DNA from: Actinomycetota bacterium
Lineage (GTDB): Bacteria; Actinomycetota; Acidimicrobiia; Acidimicrobiales; JAFATL01
DNA: 51,441 nucleotides
Assembly: GCA_041166245.1 (NCBI GenBank)
Contig: JBEEFQ010000014.1
Location: 1 to 51,441 of the forward strand
Reading direction: 5' to 3'
The notes under the pieces were generated by a model, which was not told the origin of the DNA, did not search any database, and saw nothing but the letters and a program-made list of their open reading frames with translations. Every line of letters begins with the position of its first letter. The first letter of the stretch is position 1. Made by a program: the position numbers and the translations under genes. Shown here in pieces: positions 1 through 8,323 of this stretch.

Positions 1-31
1 AAGAACGGAGGGGTCGGCTGCCTAGATTCCG

Positions 32-1480
32 ATGATCCGTTACCTGCTCGCTGTCGTTGCCGGGGTGCTCACGGCGCTGTCGCTGCCCCCGTGGGGGTGG
101 TGGCCGCTGGCGTTCGTGGGGTTGGGGCTGCTGTACCGGGTGCTGGAAGGGCGCTCGCCGCGCGGCCGACTGCTGCTCGGGTGGCTCGCTGGGCTGGGCA
201 TGTTCGGGATCGGCTGGTTCTGGTTCATCGAGTTCAGCGGTCCGGGCGGCGTGCTCTCCATCGCGGCCGAAGCCCTCTTCCTGGGCCTGGGCGCGGTGCT
301 GGTGCCGCCCCGCCACGGGCGGCTGGTCGCGTTCCCCGCCGCCGTCGTCCTGGTCGAGCTCGTCCGCGGCGCATGGCCCTTCGAGGGCCTGCCCCTCGCC
401 GGTGTCGCCCTGGGACAGGTCAGCGGGCCGCTGGCACCCTTCGCGCGCGTCGGGGGCGGACTCGGGCTGCTGCTGCTGGCCGCGATCCTCGGCGTGGCCC
501 TGGCCCAGCTCGTGCGGATGCGGGTCCGGCCCGCGTTGGTGGCCGCTCTCGTCGTGCTGGCCGCCACCGGGCTCGGGATGGTGGCCCCCGACGGTGGGCC
601 CGACGGTGAGACGATCGACATCGCCATCGTGCAGGGCGGCGGGCGCCGCGGCTTCCGCGCCGTCGAGTCCGACCCGGCTGACGTGGAGAAGGCCCACTTC
701 GATGCCACCGAGGCCGTGGCATCCAACACGTACGACCTGGTCTTCTGGCCCGAGGACGTCATCGACATCGACGACGCCGTGGCGGACACGCCCGAAGGCG
801 CGCAGATCAGCGCCCTCGCAGAAGATCTGCAATCGACCCTCGTCGTCGGCGTGGTGGAGGGCGAGGGCACCGACCACTTCCGCAACAAGGCGGTCGCGTG
901 GGGCCCGGACGGATCGCTGCTGGGTGAGTACGAGAAGGTGCGACGGGTGCCGTTCGGCGAATACATCCCGTTCCGGTCGATCGTGGGCAAGGTGGGTGAC
1001 ATCTCGGCCGTGCCCGCCGACGCGATCAAGGGCAAGGGCCCGGGCATCCTCCGCACCCCTGCCGGGCGCCTGGGCGTGCTCATCTCCTACGAGGTCTTCT
1101 TCAACGATCGGGGGCGCAAGGCGGTCGACGCCGGCGGCGAGGTGCTGCTGGTGCCCACGAACGCCGCCTCGTTCTCGACGAGCCAGGTGCCCACCCAGGA
1201 GCTGGCCGCCGCCCGGCTCCGGGCCCTCGAGTCGGGCCGGTGGCTGGCCCAGGCGGGGCCGACGGGCTACAGCGGCATCATCGAACCCGACGGCGACGTC
1301 ATCCGACGCAGCCGGCTGGGCGACCGCGAGGTCATCCTCGGCCAGCTCCGGATCCGGCACGGCCTGACCCTCTTCCAGCGCTGGGGGGACCTCCCCCTCG
1401 CCCTCCTCGCCGGCCTGGGCGTGCTGGCCGGGCTCGGAGTCCAGGCACGGAAAGCGGCGGACGAGCCCCCTCCCGATTGA
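32..1480 (+). CDS. lnt: apolipoprotein N-acyltransferase (CN-hydrolase domain with N-terminal polytopic membrane domain)
   Basis: 482-aa ORF with an ATG start at 32. The N-terminal half is hydrophobic (LSLPPWGWWPLAFVGLGLL...). The C-terminal half resembles a nitrilase/CN-hydrolase (VFWPE, KVRRVPFGEYIP, ISYEVFF), as expected for Lnt. Confidence 0.8.
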   Translation: MIRYLLAVVAGVLTALSLPPWGWWPLAFVGLGLLYRVLEGRSPRGRLLLGWLAGLGMFGIGWFWFIEFSGPGGVLSIAAEALFLGLGAVLVPPRHGRLVAFPAAVVLVELVRGAWPFEGLPLAGVALGQVSGPLAPFARVGGGLGLLLLAAILGVALAQLVRMRVRPALVAALVVLAATGLGMVAPDGGPDGETIDIAIVQGGGRRGFRAVESDPADVEKAHFDATEAVASNTYDLVFWPEDVIDIDDAVADTPEGAQISALAEDLQSTLVVGVVEGEGTDHFRNKAVAWGPDGSLLGEYEKVRRVPFGEYIPFRSIVGKVGDISAVPADAIKGKGPGILRTPAGRLGVLISYEVFFNDRGRKAVDAGGEVLLVPTNAASFSTSQVPTQELAAARLRALESGRWLAQAGPTGYSGIIEPDGDVIRRSRLGDREVILGQLRIRHGLTLFQRWGDLPLALLAGLGVLAGLGVQARKAADEPPPD

Positions 1481-1492
1481 CCGAGCGGTCAA

Positions 1493-2776
1493 GTGACCGC
1501 CTACCCTGTGGACCTCATGCCTGGGCTCCGGATCGCTTTTCTCGCCTATCGCGGCAACCCGCATTCCGGGGGACAGGGCGTGTACACCCGCCATCTGACC
1601 CGTGAACTGCTCGAGCTGGGGCACCGGCCGACGGTGTTCGCGGGCCAGCCCTACCCCGTGGTGGACGACGGCGTGGAGCTGGTCGAGGTACCCAGTCTCG
1701 ACCTCTACCGGCAGCCCGACCCGTTCCGGTTCCCCAAGCCGCGCGAGTTCAAGAGCCTCATCGACCTCTACGAGTTCGCCATCATGTGCACGGCCGGGTT
1801 CCCCGAGCCCCGCACCTTCGCCCTGCGCACCCGCCGCCTGCTCGAGGACCGGCGCGACGACTTCGACATCGTCCACGACAACCAGTGCCTCGCCTACGGC
1901 CTCCTCGGGATGATGAAGGACGGGTGGCCCCTCATCGCCACGCTGCACCACCCCATCACTGTCGACCGCGAGCTGCACCTGGCCGAGGCCAAGGGCATCA
2001 AGCAGAACATCACGCTGCGCCGCTGGTACGGCTTCATCAAGATGCAGTGCGAGGTGGCGGCCCAGATCCCCCGGGTCATCACCGTGTCGGAGTCGTCCCG
2101 CAAGGACATCGTCGCCCAGATGGGCGTCCCCGCCGACCGCATGCACATCGTCCCCGTGGGCGTGGACCAGCGCCAGTTCGTGCCCATCCCCGAGATCGCG
2201 CGGGTGCCCGGCCGCATCATGACCACGGCCAGCGCCGATGTCCCCATGAAGGGCCTGGTGCCGCTGCTGGAAGCCGTCGCCAAGGTGCGCACCGAGCGTC
2301 ACGCCGAGCTGGTGGTCATCGGCAAGCCCCGGGCCGAGAGCAGAGTGGGCGAGACCATCGCCCGGCTGGGCCTCGAGGACGCCGTGACCTTCGTGAGCGG
2401 CGTCACCGACCGGCGCATCGTCGAGCTCTACGCCGAAGCGTCCGTCGCGGTCGTGCCGTCGCTGTACGAGGGCTTCTCCCTCCCCGCCATCGAGGCCATG
2501 GCCTGTGGAGTGCCCCTGGTCGCGACCACCGGCGGGGCCCTGCCCGAGGTCGTCGGCACCGACGGCGACACCGGCGTGCTCGTGCCGCCCGGCGACGTCG
2601 GCGCGCTGGCCGGCGCCATCGGCCGCGTCCTCGACGAGCCCCGCCTCGCCGACGCCCTCGGGCGCGCGGGCCGGACCCGCGTCCTCGACCGCTTCACCTG
2701 GCGGAAGACGGCAGAAGGCACGGCCGCCCAGTACGAGGAGCACCTCGGGCGCACCCGGAGCGAACGAGCGCGCTGA
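1493..2776 (+). CDS. glycosyltransferase family 4 (GT-B, retaining)
   Basis: N-terminus RIAFLAYRGNPHSGGQGVYTRHLTRELLELGH. C-terminal EGFSLPAIEAMACGVPLVATTGGALPEVV is the GT4 E-x7-E region. The start is GTG at 1493 or ATG at 1517. The gene lies 12 nt after lnt. Confidence 0.85.
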   Translation: MTAYPVDLMPGLRIAFLAYRGNPHSGGQGVYTRHLTRELLELGHRPTVFAGQPYPVVDDGVELVEVPSLDLYRQPDPFRFPKPREFKSLIDLYEFAIMCTAGFPEPRTFALRTRRLLEDRRDDFDIVHDNQCLAYGLLGMMKDGWPLIATLHHPITVDRELHLAEAKGIKQNITLRRWYGFIKMQCEVAAQIPRVITVSESSRKDIVAQMGVPADRMHIVPVGVDQRQFVPIPEIARVPGRIMTTASADVPMKGLVPLLEAVAKVRTERHAELVVIGKPRAESRVGETIARLGLEDAVTFVSGVTDRRIVELYAEASVAVVPSLYEGFSLPAIEAMACGVPLVATTGGALPEVVGTDGDTGVLVPPGDVGALAGAIGRVLDEPRLADALGRAGRTRVLDRFTWRKTAEGTAAQYEEHLGRTRSERAR

Positions 2777-2777
2777 G

Positions 2778-3500
2778 GTGCTGACCATCGACTACGACCG
2801 GTTGGGGGTGCGGGCCGGCGACCGCCTGCTCGACCTCGGCTGCGGTGGCGGCCGCCACGCCTACGAGGCCATGCGCCGGGGCGCCGACGTCGTCGCCCTC
2901 GACGCTGACGACGCCGAGCTCAAGGAAGTCGCGGTGCTGATGGAAGCGGTGGTCGGCGAGTGCACAGTCGAGGCCCCGTCCGGCGCGGGCGCACCCGTCA
3001 ACGGCGACGCTCTGTGTCTTCCATTTCCGAATGGCGCCTTCGACCATGTCATCGCGGCCGAGGTGCTCGAGCACATCCCCGCCGACACCTCGGCCATGGC
3101 CGAGCTGGCCCGAGTGCTGCGGCCGGGCGGCACCATGGCCGTGACCGTTCCCCGCTGGTTCCCCGAGCTCGTGAACTGGGCGCTGTCCGACGAGTACCAC
3201 TCGAACGAGGGCGGCCACGTGCGCATCTACCGGCACAGCGCGCTGGTGTCGCGCCTGGAGGCGACCGGCCTCCGCTACCGCGGCCAGGGGTTCGCGCACG
3301 GCCTGCACGCGCCCTACTGGTGGCTCAAGTGCCTGGTCGGCGTGCGCCGCGACGACCACCCGTTGGTGCAGGCGTACCACCGGCTCCTGGTCTGGGACAT
3401 CACCGACCGACCCCTCGTCACGCGCGCCGCCGAGGCCGCCCTCAACCCGATCATCGGAAAAAGCCTGGTGGTCTACCTGGAGAAGCCCGATGCTCACTGA
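2778..3500 (+). CDS. class I SAM-dependent methyltransferase
   Basis: GTG at 2778 follows the GT4 stop (2774-2776) by 1 nt. It has SAM motif I (LLDLGCGGGRHA), then DVVALD, and a post-I region with FPNGAFDHVIAAEVLEHI. The N-terminal part of track ORF 2505-3500 is out-of-gene read-through. Confidence 0.8.
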   Translation: MLTIDYDRLGVRAGDRLLDLGCGGGRHAYEAMRRGADVVALDADDAELKEVAVLMEAVVGECTVEAPSGAGAPVNGDALCLPFPNGAFDHVIAAEVLEHIPADTSAMAELARVLRPGGTMAVTVPRWFPELVNWALSDEYHSNEGGHVRIYRHSALVSRLEATGLRYRGQGFAHGLHAPYWWLKCLVGVRRDDHPLVQAYHRLLVWDITDRPLVTRAAEAALNPIIGKSLVVYLEKPDAH

Positions 3501-4524
3501 CCTCGAGGTGCGGGCCACCGCCGACTCGATCGCCGACTGGCAGCTCGACAACGGCATGATCCTGTGGTTCCCCGGCGGCCACAGCGACCCGTGGAACCAC
3601 ACCGAAGCGGCGATGGCCCTCACGGTCGGCGGACGCCGGGCCGAGGCGGAGCGGGCCTACGAGTGGCTGGCATCGACCCAGCACGACGACGGCAGCTGGT
3701 TCAACTACTACCTCGCCGACGGTGTCCAGGACTATCGCCTCGACACCAACGTCACCGCCTACGCCGCGGTCGGCGTGTGGCACCACTTCCTCGCTACCGA
3801 CGACGGCGCCTTCCTCGAGGCCATGTGGCCGGTGGTCGACCGGGCCATGGGCTTCGTGCTGCGCCTGCAGCAGCCGGGTGGGCAGATCCTGTGGTCGATC
3901 GAGCCCGACGGGGTCACCCCCGGGCGCTTCGCTTTGCTGACCGGCTCGTCGTCGGTGCTGCACAGCCTGCGCGCCGGCGTAGCCGTCGCCGAGCGGTTGG
4001 GACGGGAGCGACCCGAGTGGGAGCTGGCCGCCAGTCAGCTGGCGCATGCCATCGCCCACCGGCCCGAGCTGTTCGAGCCCAAGGAACGCTGGGCCATGGA
4101 CTGGTACTACCCCGTCCTCTCGGGTGCATTGAGTGGAGAGGCCGCCCGCGCCCACATGAACGACCGCTGGGACGAGTTCGTCATGGACGGTCTCGGCGTG
4201 CGCTGCGTCACCGACCGTCCGTGGGCGACAGCGGCGGAGACGGCCGAGTGCGCCATCGCCTGCGCCATCTCCGGCATGCAGGCCGAGGCGGCCCGCCTGC
4301 TCAAGTACACGCGGCACATGCGCCACACCGACGGCTCCTACTTCACCGGATGCGTGCACCCGCAGTGCGTGCGCTTCCCTGGCGACGAGCGCTCGACCTA
4401 CACCGCGGCGGCCGTCATCCTCGCCGACGACGTCCTCAAGGGCGGCCCCGCCACCACCGGCGTCTTCGCCGGCCACTCGCTCCCCGCCGTCGTCGACCTC
4501 CCCGAAGCGGTCAGGGAGCCCTGA
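3490..4524 (+). CDS. prenyltransferase / squalene-oxidase-repeat-like (alpha/alpha)6-barrel protein; function uncertain, possibly a glycan hydrolase
   Basis: ATG at 3490 overlaps the methyltransferase stop by 11 nt. It contains repeated aromatic-rich DGSW-type segments (QHDDGSWFNYY, HTDGSYFTG), typical of terpene-cyclase or prenyltransferase alpha-barrel repeats. Confidence 0.65.
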   Translation: MLTDLEVRATADSIADWQLDNGMILWFPGGHSDPWNHTEAAMALTVGGRRAEAERAYEWLASTQHDDGSWFNYYLADGVQDYRLDTNVTAYAAVGVWHHFLATDDGAFLEAMWPVVDRAMGFVLRLQQPGGQILWSIEPDGVTPGRFALLTGSSSVLHSLRAGVAVAERLGRERPEWELAASQLAHAIAHRPELFEPKERWAMDWYYPVLSGALSGEAARAHMNDRWDEFVMDGLGVRCVTDRPWATAAETAECAIACAISGMQAEAARLLKYTRHMRHTDGSYFTGCVHPQCVRFPGDERSTYTAAAVILADDVLKGGPATTGVFAGHSLPAVVDLPEAVREP

Positions 4525-4532
4525 TCCCCGTT

Positions 4533-4575
4533 CTCGAGGCAATGCGTCGCGGAATCCGCGACGTATTGCCTCGAG
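4533..4575. terminator. 20-bp stem / 3-nt loop hairpin between convergent genes (probable bidirectional, U-tract-less terminator)
   Basis: CTCGAGGCAATGCGTCGCGG-aat-CCGCGACGTATTGCCTCGAG. The only imperfection is one G-T pair. It sits between the + stop at 4522-4524 and the - stop at 4577-4579. Confidence 0.6.
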
Positions 4576-4576
4576 A

Positions 4577-5212
4577 TCAGCTCTTGCGCTCCAGCACCCG
4601 CAGGGAGCCGCAGGCGCGCCATTCGAGGTCGAGCCAGTCGCCGGAGGCGACGGCGTCGCACCACAGCTCGTAGGGCGGGCGACCGCCGTCGGCGGGGTCG
4701 GGGAAGACGTCGTGGATGGCGAGGAGGCCGCCGGCGACCACGTGGGGGGTCCAGCCCCGGTAGTCGGCCCACGCCGGCTCCGACCCGTGGCCGCCGTCGA
4801 TGAACAGGAACGAGAGCGGTGTGCGCCACTCGCGTGCCACCACCGGCGAGTGACCGACGATGGCGACGACCGTGTCCTCCAGACCGGCGTCACCCATGGT
4901 GCGGCGGAAGAACGGGAGGGTGTCCATCTTCCCTGTCGCGGGATCGACGACTTCGGTGTCGTGGTGGTCCCAGCCCGCCTGGTTCTCCTCCGACCCGCGG
5001 TGGTGGTCGACGGTGAAGACGACGGCGCCGTGCTCCCGCGCCGCCGCGCCCAAGTAGACGGCCGACTTGCCGCAGTAGGTCCCCACCTCGAGCAGAGGCC
5101 CGAGGCCTGACGCGGCGGCCCGGAGTGCGGCGTCGTGGAGCGCCAGCCCTTCGTCCTCCGGCATGAAGCCCTTGGCCGCCCTGGCGACGGCCAGCAACCG
5201 CTCCTCGATCAC
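4577..5212 (-). CDS. class I SAM-dependent O-methyltransferase-like protein (Methyltransf_24-like)
   Basis: GTG at 5212. LLEVGTYCGKSAVYLG is the SAM-binding loop, followed by FIDGGHG and IHDVF motifs. The upstream part of track ORF 4577-5515 is Arg/Pro-rich read-through. Confidence 0.75.
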   Translation of the reverse strand: MIEERLLAVARAAKGFMPEDEGLALHDAALRAAASGLGPLLEVGTYCGKSAVYLGAAAREHGAVVFTVDHHRGSEENQAGWDHHDTEVVDPATGKMDTLPFFRRTMGDAGLEDTVVAIVGHSPVVAREWRTPLSFLFIDGGHGSEPAWADYRGWTPHVVAGGLLAIHDVFPDPADGGRPPYELWCDAVASGDWLDLEWRACGSLRVLERKS

Positions 5213-5220
5213 GCGCCCGC

Positions 5221-5700
5221 CTACGTCGGGATGCCGGTGCGGCCGTCGAGCGCGGGCATGTCTTCGAGGTCCTGCTCGTGGGTGCGGAACAGGATCTTGT
5301 TGAGGATGACGAACTTCGCCACCCACAGCAGACCGAAGCCGGCCAGGGCCGCGCCCATGATGATCAGGGTCTCGGTGCGTTCGCTGTAGGACTTGGCCCG
5401 GCTCTCGGCCACGTGCACGAAGAGGGTCGACACGACCAAGCCCAGGAAGTTGAGGCCCCAGAAGGGCACGACTTCCTTCATGAGGTGCGAGCGACCCCGC
5501 TTTCCCCACGCCCACGCCCGATTGAGGTAGTAGGCCGGTATCGAGCTGACGCCGACGGCGAAGATGTTGGACGGGGCGGCGCGCCAGTCGAGGATCGTGA
5601 GGGCGATGAACAGCAACGCCTGCCCGATCACCACGCTGATGATCGACACCATCGTGTACTTGACGAGCTTCTGACCCGTCGGGGTCCGGGCATGCGCCAT
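5221..5700 (-). CDS. GtrA family membrane protein
   Basis: 159 aa starting at ATG 5700. It begins KLVKYTMVSIISVVIGQALLF, has four predicted TM segments and the YYLNRAWAW motif typical of GtrA-like proteins. Confidence 0.8.
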   Translation of the reverse strand: MAHARTPTGQKLVKYTMVSIISVVIGQALLFIALTILDWRAAPSNIFAVGVSSIPAYYLNRAWAWGKRGRSHLMKEVVPFWGLNFLGLVVSTLFVHVAESRAKSYSERTETLIIMGAALAGFGLLWVAKFVILNKILFRTHEQDLEDMPALDGRTGIPT

Positions 5701-5723
5701 GAGCCCGGCGGGCGTCAACGCTT

Positions 5724-6899
5724 TCACCCGGTCAGGGTACCGGTGCGCGCGATCTCGCCCAGCCAGGCGGCGCTGGGCTTGGGGGTGCGCTCGAACGTCT
5801 CCCGGTTGACAGCGACGAGGCCGAAGGTGGGCTTGTAGCCGAGGGCCCACTCGAAGTTGTCGAAGCCGGACCAGTACGTGTACCCGCGGATGTCGATGCC
5901 GTCGTCGAGACAGCGCCGCACTCCGCGCAATGCGCGCTGCACGTACTCGACCCGGCGGGTGTCGTCGTCGGTGCCGATGCCGTTCTCGGTGACGTAGACC
6001 GGCGTCTGATCGGTGACCTCCCACGCCCGCCGGATGGTGCCCTCCAGCGCCTCGGGCCAGAACTCGTAGCCCATGAGCGTCGTCTCCACACCGTCCTCGG
6101 GACCGAGCACGCCGCCGGGCCCGACGCGGGAGCGGCTGTAGGTCTGCACCCCGATGAAGTCGTCGGCGCGTGCCGCCTCGAGGTAGACGTCCTCGTAATT
6201 GCGTCGGACGCGGTCGCGCCGGGCCTCGCCCCCGTCGACTGCCTGCCAGTCGGTCATCGCCAGCGTCAGCCCGACCGGGAAGTCGCCGGGACCGGCCTTG
6301 ATGGCGTCGACCGCCTTGTGGTGGGCGTCGATGAGGATGTCGTTGACGGAGCGGCGCAGCGCCGCGTCGCGGCGGCCGGGCGGGAACACCCCGGCCAGGT
6401 AGCCCATGGTGGCGACGATGTTGGGCTCGTTGAAGGTGCAGCCCCACCCGATGAGGTCGCCGAGGTGCTCGGTGGCCTTGGCGCAGAAGCGAGCGAAGCG
6501 GTCGGCGTTGTCGGGCTCCTCCCATCCGCCGTGGTTGGCGACCCAGCAGGGCGTGGTGAAGTGGTGGAACGTGACGATCGGGGTGATGCCGTACTCGTGG
6601 CAGGCGGCACACACCCGCCGGTAGTGGTCGAGCGTCGCTCGCGACCACTCCCCCTCGACGGGCTCGATGCGGCTCCACTCGATCGAGAAGCGGTAGGTGC
6701 CGAAGCCGAGCCGGGCCAGGAGGGCGATGTCTTCCGGGTAATGGTGGTACTGGTCGATGGCGTCGCCGCTCGGCTCGACGCACGGCGACAGCGGGTTGTG
6801 CTCCCACGCCCACCAGTCGTTGTTCCAGTTGTTGCCCTCGACCTGGTGCGCGGCGGTCGCCGTCCCCCAGAGGAAGCCGTCCGGGAAGGAGATCGACAT
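5724..6899 (-). CDS. GH1 family beta-glucosidase / beta-glycosidase
   Basis: ATG at 6899. N-terminus FPDGFLWGTATAAHQVEGN. The acid/base motif is TFNEPN and the nucleophile motif is YVTENG. Confidence 0.9.
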   Translation of the reverse strand: MSISFPDGFLWGTATAAHQVEGNNWNNDWWAWEHNPLSPCVEPSGDAIDQYHHYPEDIALLARLGFGTYRFSIEWSRIEPVEGEWSRATLDHYRRVCAACHEYGITPIVTFHHFTTPCWVANHGGWEEPDNADRFARFCAKATEHLGDLIGWGCTFNEPNIVATMGYLAGVFPPGRRDAALRRSVNDILIDAHHKAVDAIKAGPGDFPVGLTLAMTDWQAVDGGEARRDRVRRNYEDVYLEAARADDFIGVQTYSRSRVGPGGVLGPEDGVETTLMGYEFWPEALEGTIRRAWEVTDQTPVYVTENGIGTDDDTRRVEYVQRALRGVRRCLDDGIDIRGYTYWSGFDNFEWALGYKPTFGLVAVNRETFERTPKPSAAWLGEIARTGTLTG

Positions 6900-6909
6900 G
6901 GCCCGGACA

Positions 6910-7434
6910 CTAGGCCCGGGCGGCCCGCCTCTTCTGCAGGAGGAAGCCGCCTGCGAGGCCGGCCGCCGCCGCGACCGCGCCGAGGGCAACCATGACCGTT
7001 GCGTCCGAGCCGTCGTCGGAAGCCGGCGATCGCACCGCCGCCGGCACCAGCCCGACCGCGTCGACCGGCTCGACCGGCGCGCCGTCGCCGACGATCACCA
7101 CGCCCGTCATGCTGGGATGCAGGTGGCACATGTACGGATGGATGCCGGGACGATCGAACGACCGCTCCGCGCTCCCCCCACCACTCAGCTCGTCGTAGCC
7201 CATCGTGGTCCCCGAGATGGCGTGGAGCATCTCGTCGTCGTTCGTGAACGTGACCTTTGCCCCAACCGGCACCCGGAGCACCGTCGGGCTGAAGCAGGCC
7301 TGGGAGATGCGCACGTCGAGGCCGGAACCCTCGGTGGCCACCCCATGGCACCCACCGCCTCCCGCTCGGGCCGGCGTCGCCACCACGAACACGCTTCCTG
7401 CGATCACGCAGACCGCGGCAAGGAGTCGTCTCAT
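6910..7434 (-). CDS. membrane-anchored cupredoxin (type-1 copper protein, amicyanin-like ligand loop)
   Basis: ATG at 7434. It has a signal peptide (MRRLLAAVCVIAGSVFVVATPARA) and copper ligands H in EMLHAIS plus YMCHLHPSM (C-x2-H-x2-M). A C-terminal hydrophobic helix is followed by KRRAARA. Confidence 0.75.
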   Translation of the reverse strand: MRRLLAAVCVIAGSVFVVATPARAGGGGCHGVATEGSGLDVRISQACFSPTVLRVPVGAKVTFTNDDEMLHAISGTTMGYDELSGGGSAERSFDRPGIHPYMCHLHPSMTGVVIVGDGAPVEPVDAVGLVPAAVRSPASDDGSDATVMVALGAVAAAAGLAGGFLLQKRRAARA

Positions 7435-7491
7435 GCCGGTGAGACGCCTCGCGGGCGCCGAGAGTTCTGCGGTTCGTGGAAAGCTCGGCGG

Positions 7492-8286
7492 GTGACCCAA
7501 GCCGCCCTCGACGCGCTCGTCGAGCTGCTCGACCTCGAGACCATCGAGGTCAACATCTTCCGTGGCCGCAGCCCCGACGAGAAGAGGCAGCGGGTGTTCG
7601 GCGGCCAGGTCGCGGGCCAGGCCCTCGTGGCCGCGGGTCGCACGGTGCCCGACGACCGCCGCGTGCACTCGCTGCACGCGTACTTCCTGCGCCCCGGCGA
7701 CCCCACCGTGCCGATCGTCTACGACGTGGACCGCATCCGCGACGGCCGCTCGTTCACGACCCGCCGCGTCGTCGCCATCCAGCACGGCCGGCCCATCTTC
7801 AACCTCTCGGCGTCGTTCCACATCGACGAGCCCGGGGTCGACCACCAGATCCCCATGCCCGACGGCATCCCCGAGCCGGACACCGCGACGAGCTTCGAGT
7901 GGGCGCCTGCCTTCGACCTGCGCTTCGTGACACCCGAACGGGGCCGCAGCCCCGTTCAGCGGCTGTGGTTCCGCGCCGCCGGCACCCTGCCCGACGACCC
8001 GCTGCTGCACGTGTGCGTCGTCGCCTACGCGTCGGACATGACGCTGCTCGACCCGGTGGTCAACGCCCACGCCATCGACTGGGAGGACCCCAACCTCCAG
8101 GTGGCGAGCCTCGACCACGCCATGTGGTTCCACCAGCCGTTCCGAGCCGACGCGTGGCTGCTCTACGACCAGGAGAGCCCGGCCGCGTCGGGCGGGCGGG
8201 GCCTTGCCCTCGGTCGCATCTTCCGCCAGGACGGCACGCTCGTCGTGTCGGTCGTGCAGGAGGGCCTGGTTCGCATCAAGCCGTAA
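7492..8286 (+). CDS. tesB: acyl-CoA thioesterase II
   Basis: GTG at 7492. LDLETIEVNIFRGRSP...RVFGGQVAGQAL, HSLHAYFLRPGD and RDGRSFTTRRV are double-hotdog TesB signatures. Confidence 0.85.
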   Translation: MTQAALDALVELLDLETIEVNIFRGRSPDEKRQRVFGGQVAGQALVAAGRTVPDDRRVHSLHAYFLRPGDPTVPIVYDVDRIRDGRSFTTRRVVAIQHGRPIFNLSASFHIDEPGVDHQIPMPDGIPEPDTATSFEWAPAFDLRFVTPERGRSPVQRLWFRAAGTLPDDPLLHVCVVAYASDMTLLDPVVNAHAIDWEDPNLQVASLDHAMWFHQPFRADAWLLYDQESPAASGGRGLALGRIFRQDGTLVVSVVQEGLVRIKP

Positions 8287-8323
8287 CGGGGAGCGGCCAG
8301 GGGCCATTATCCTTGTCGCCGTC

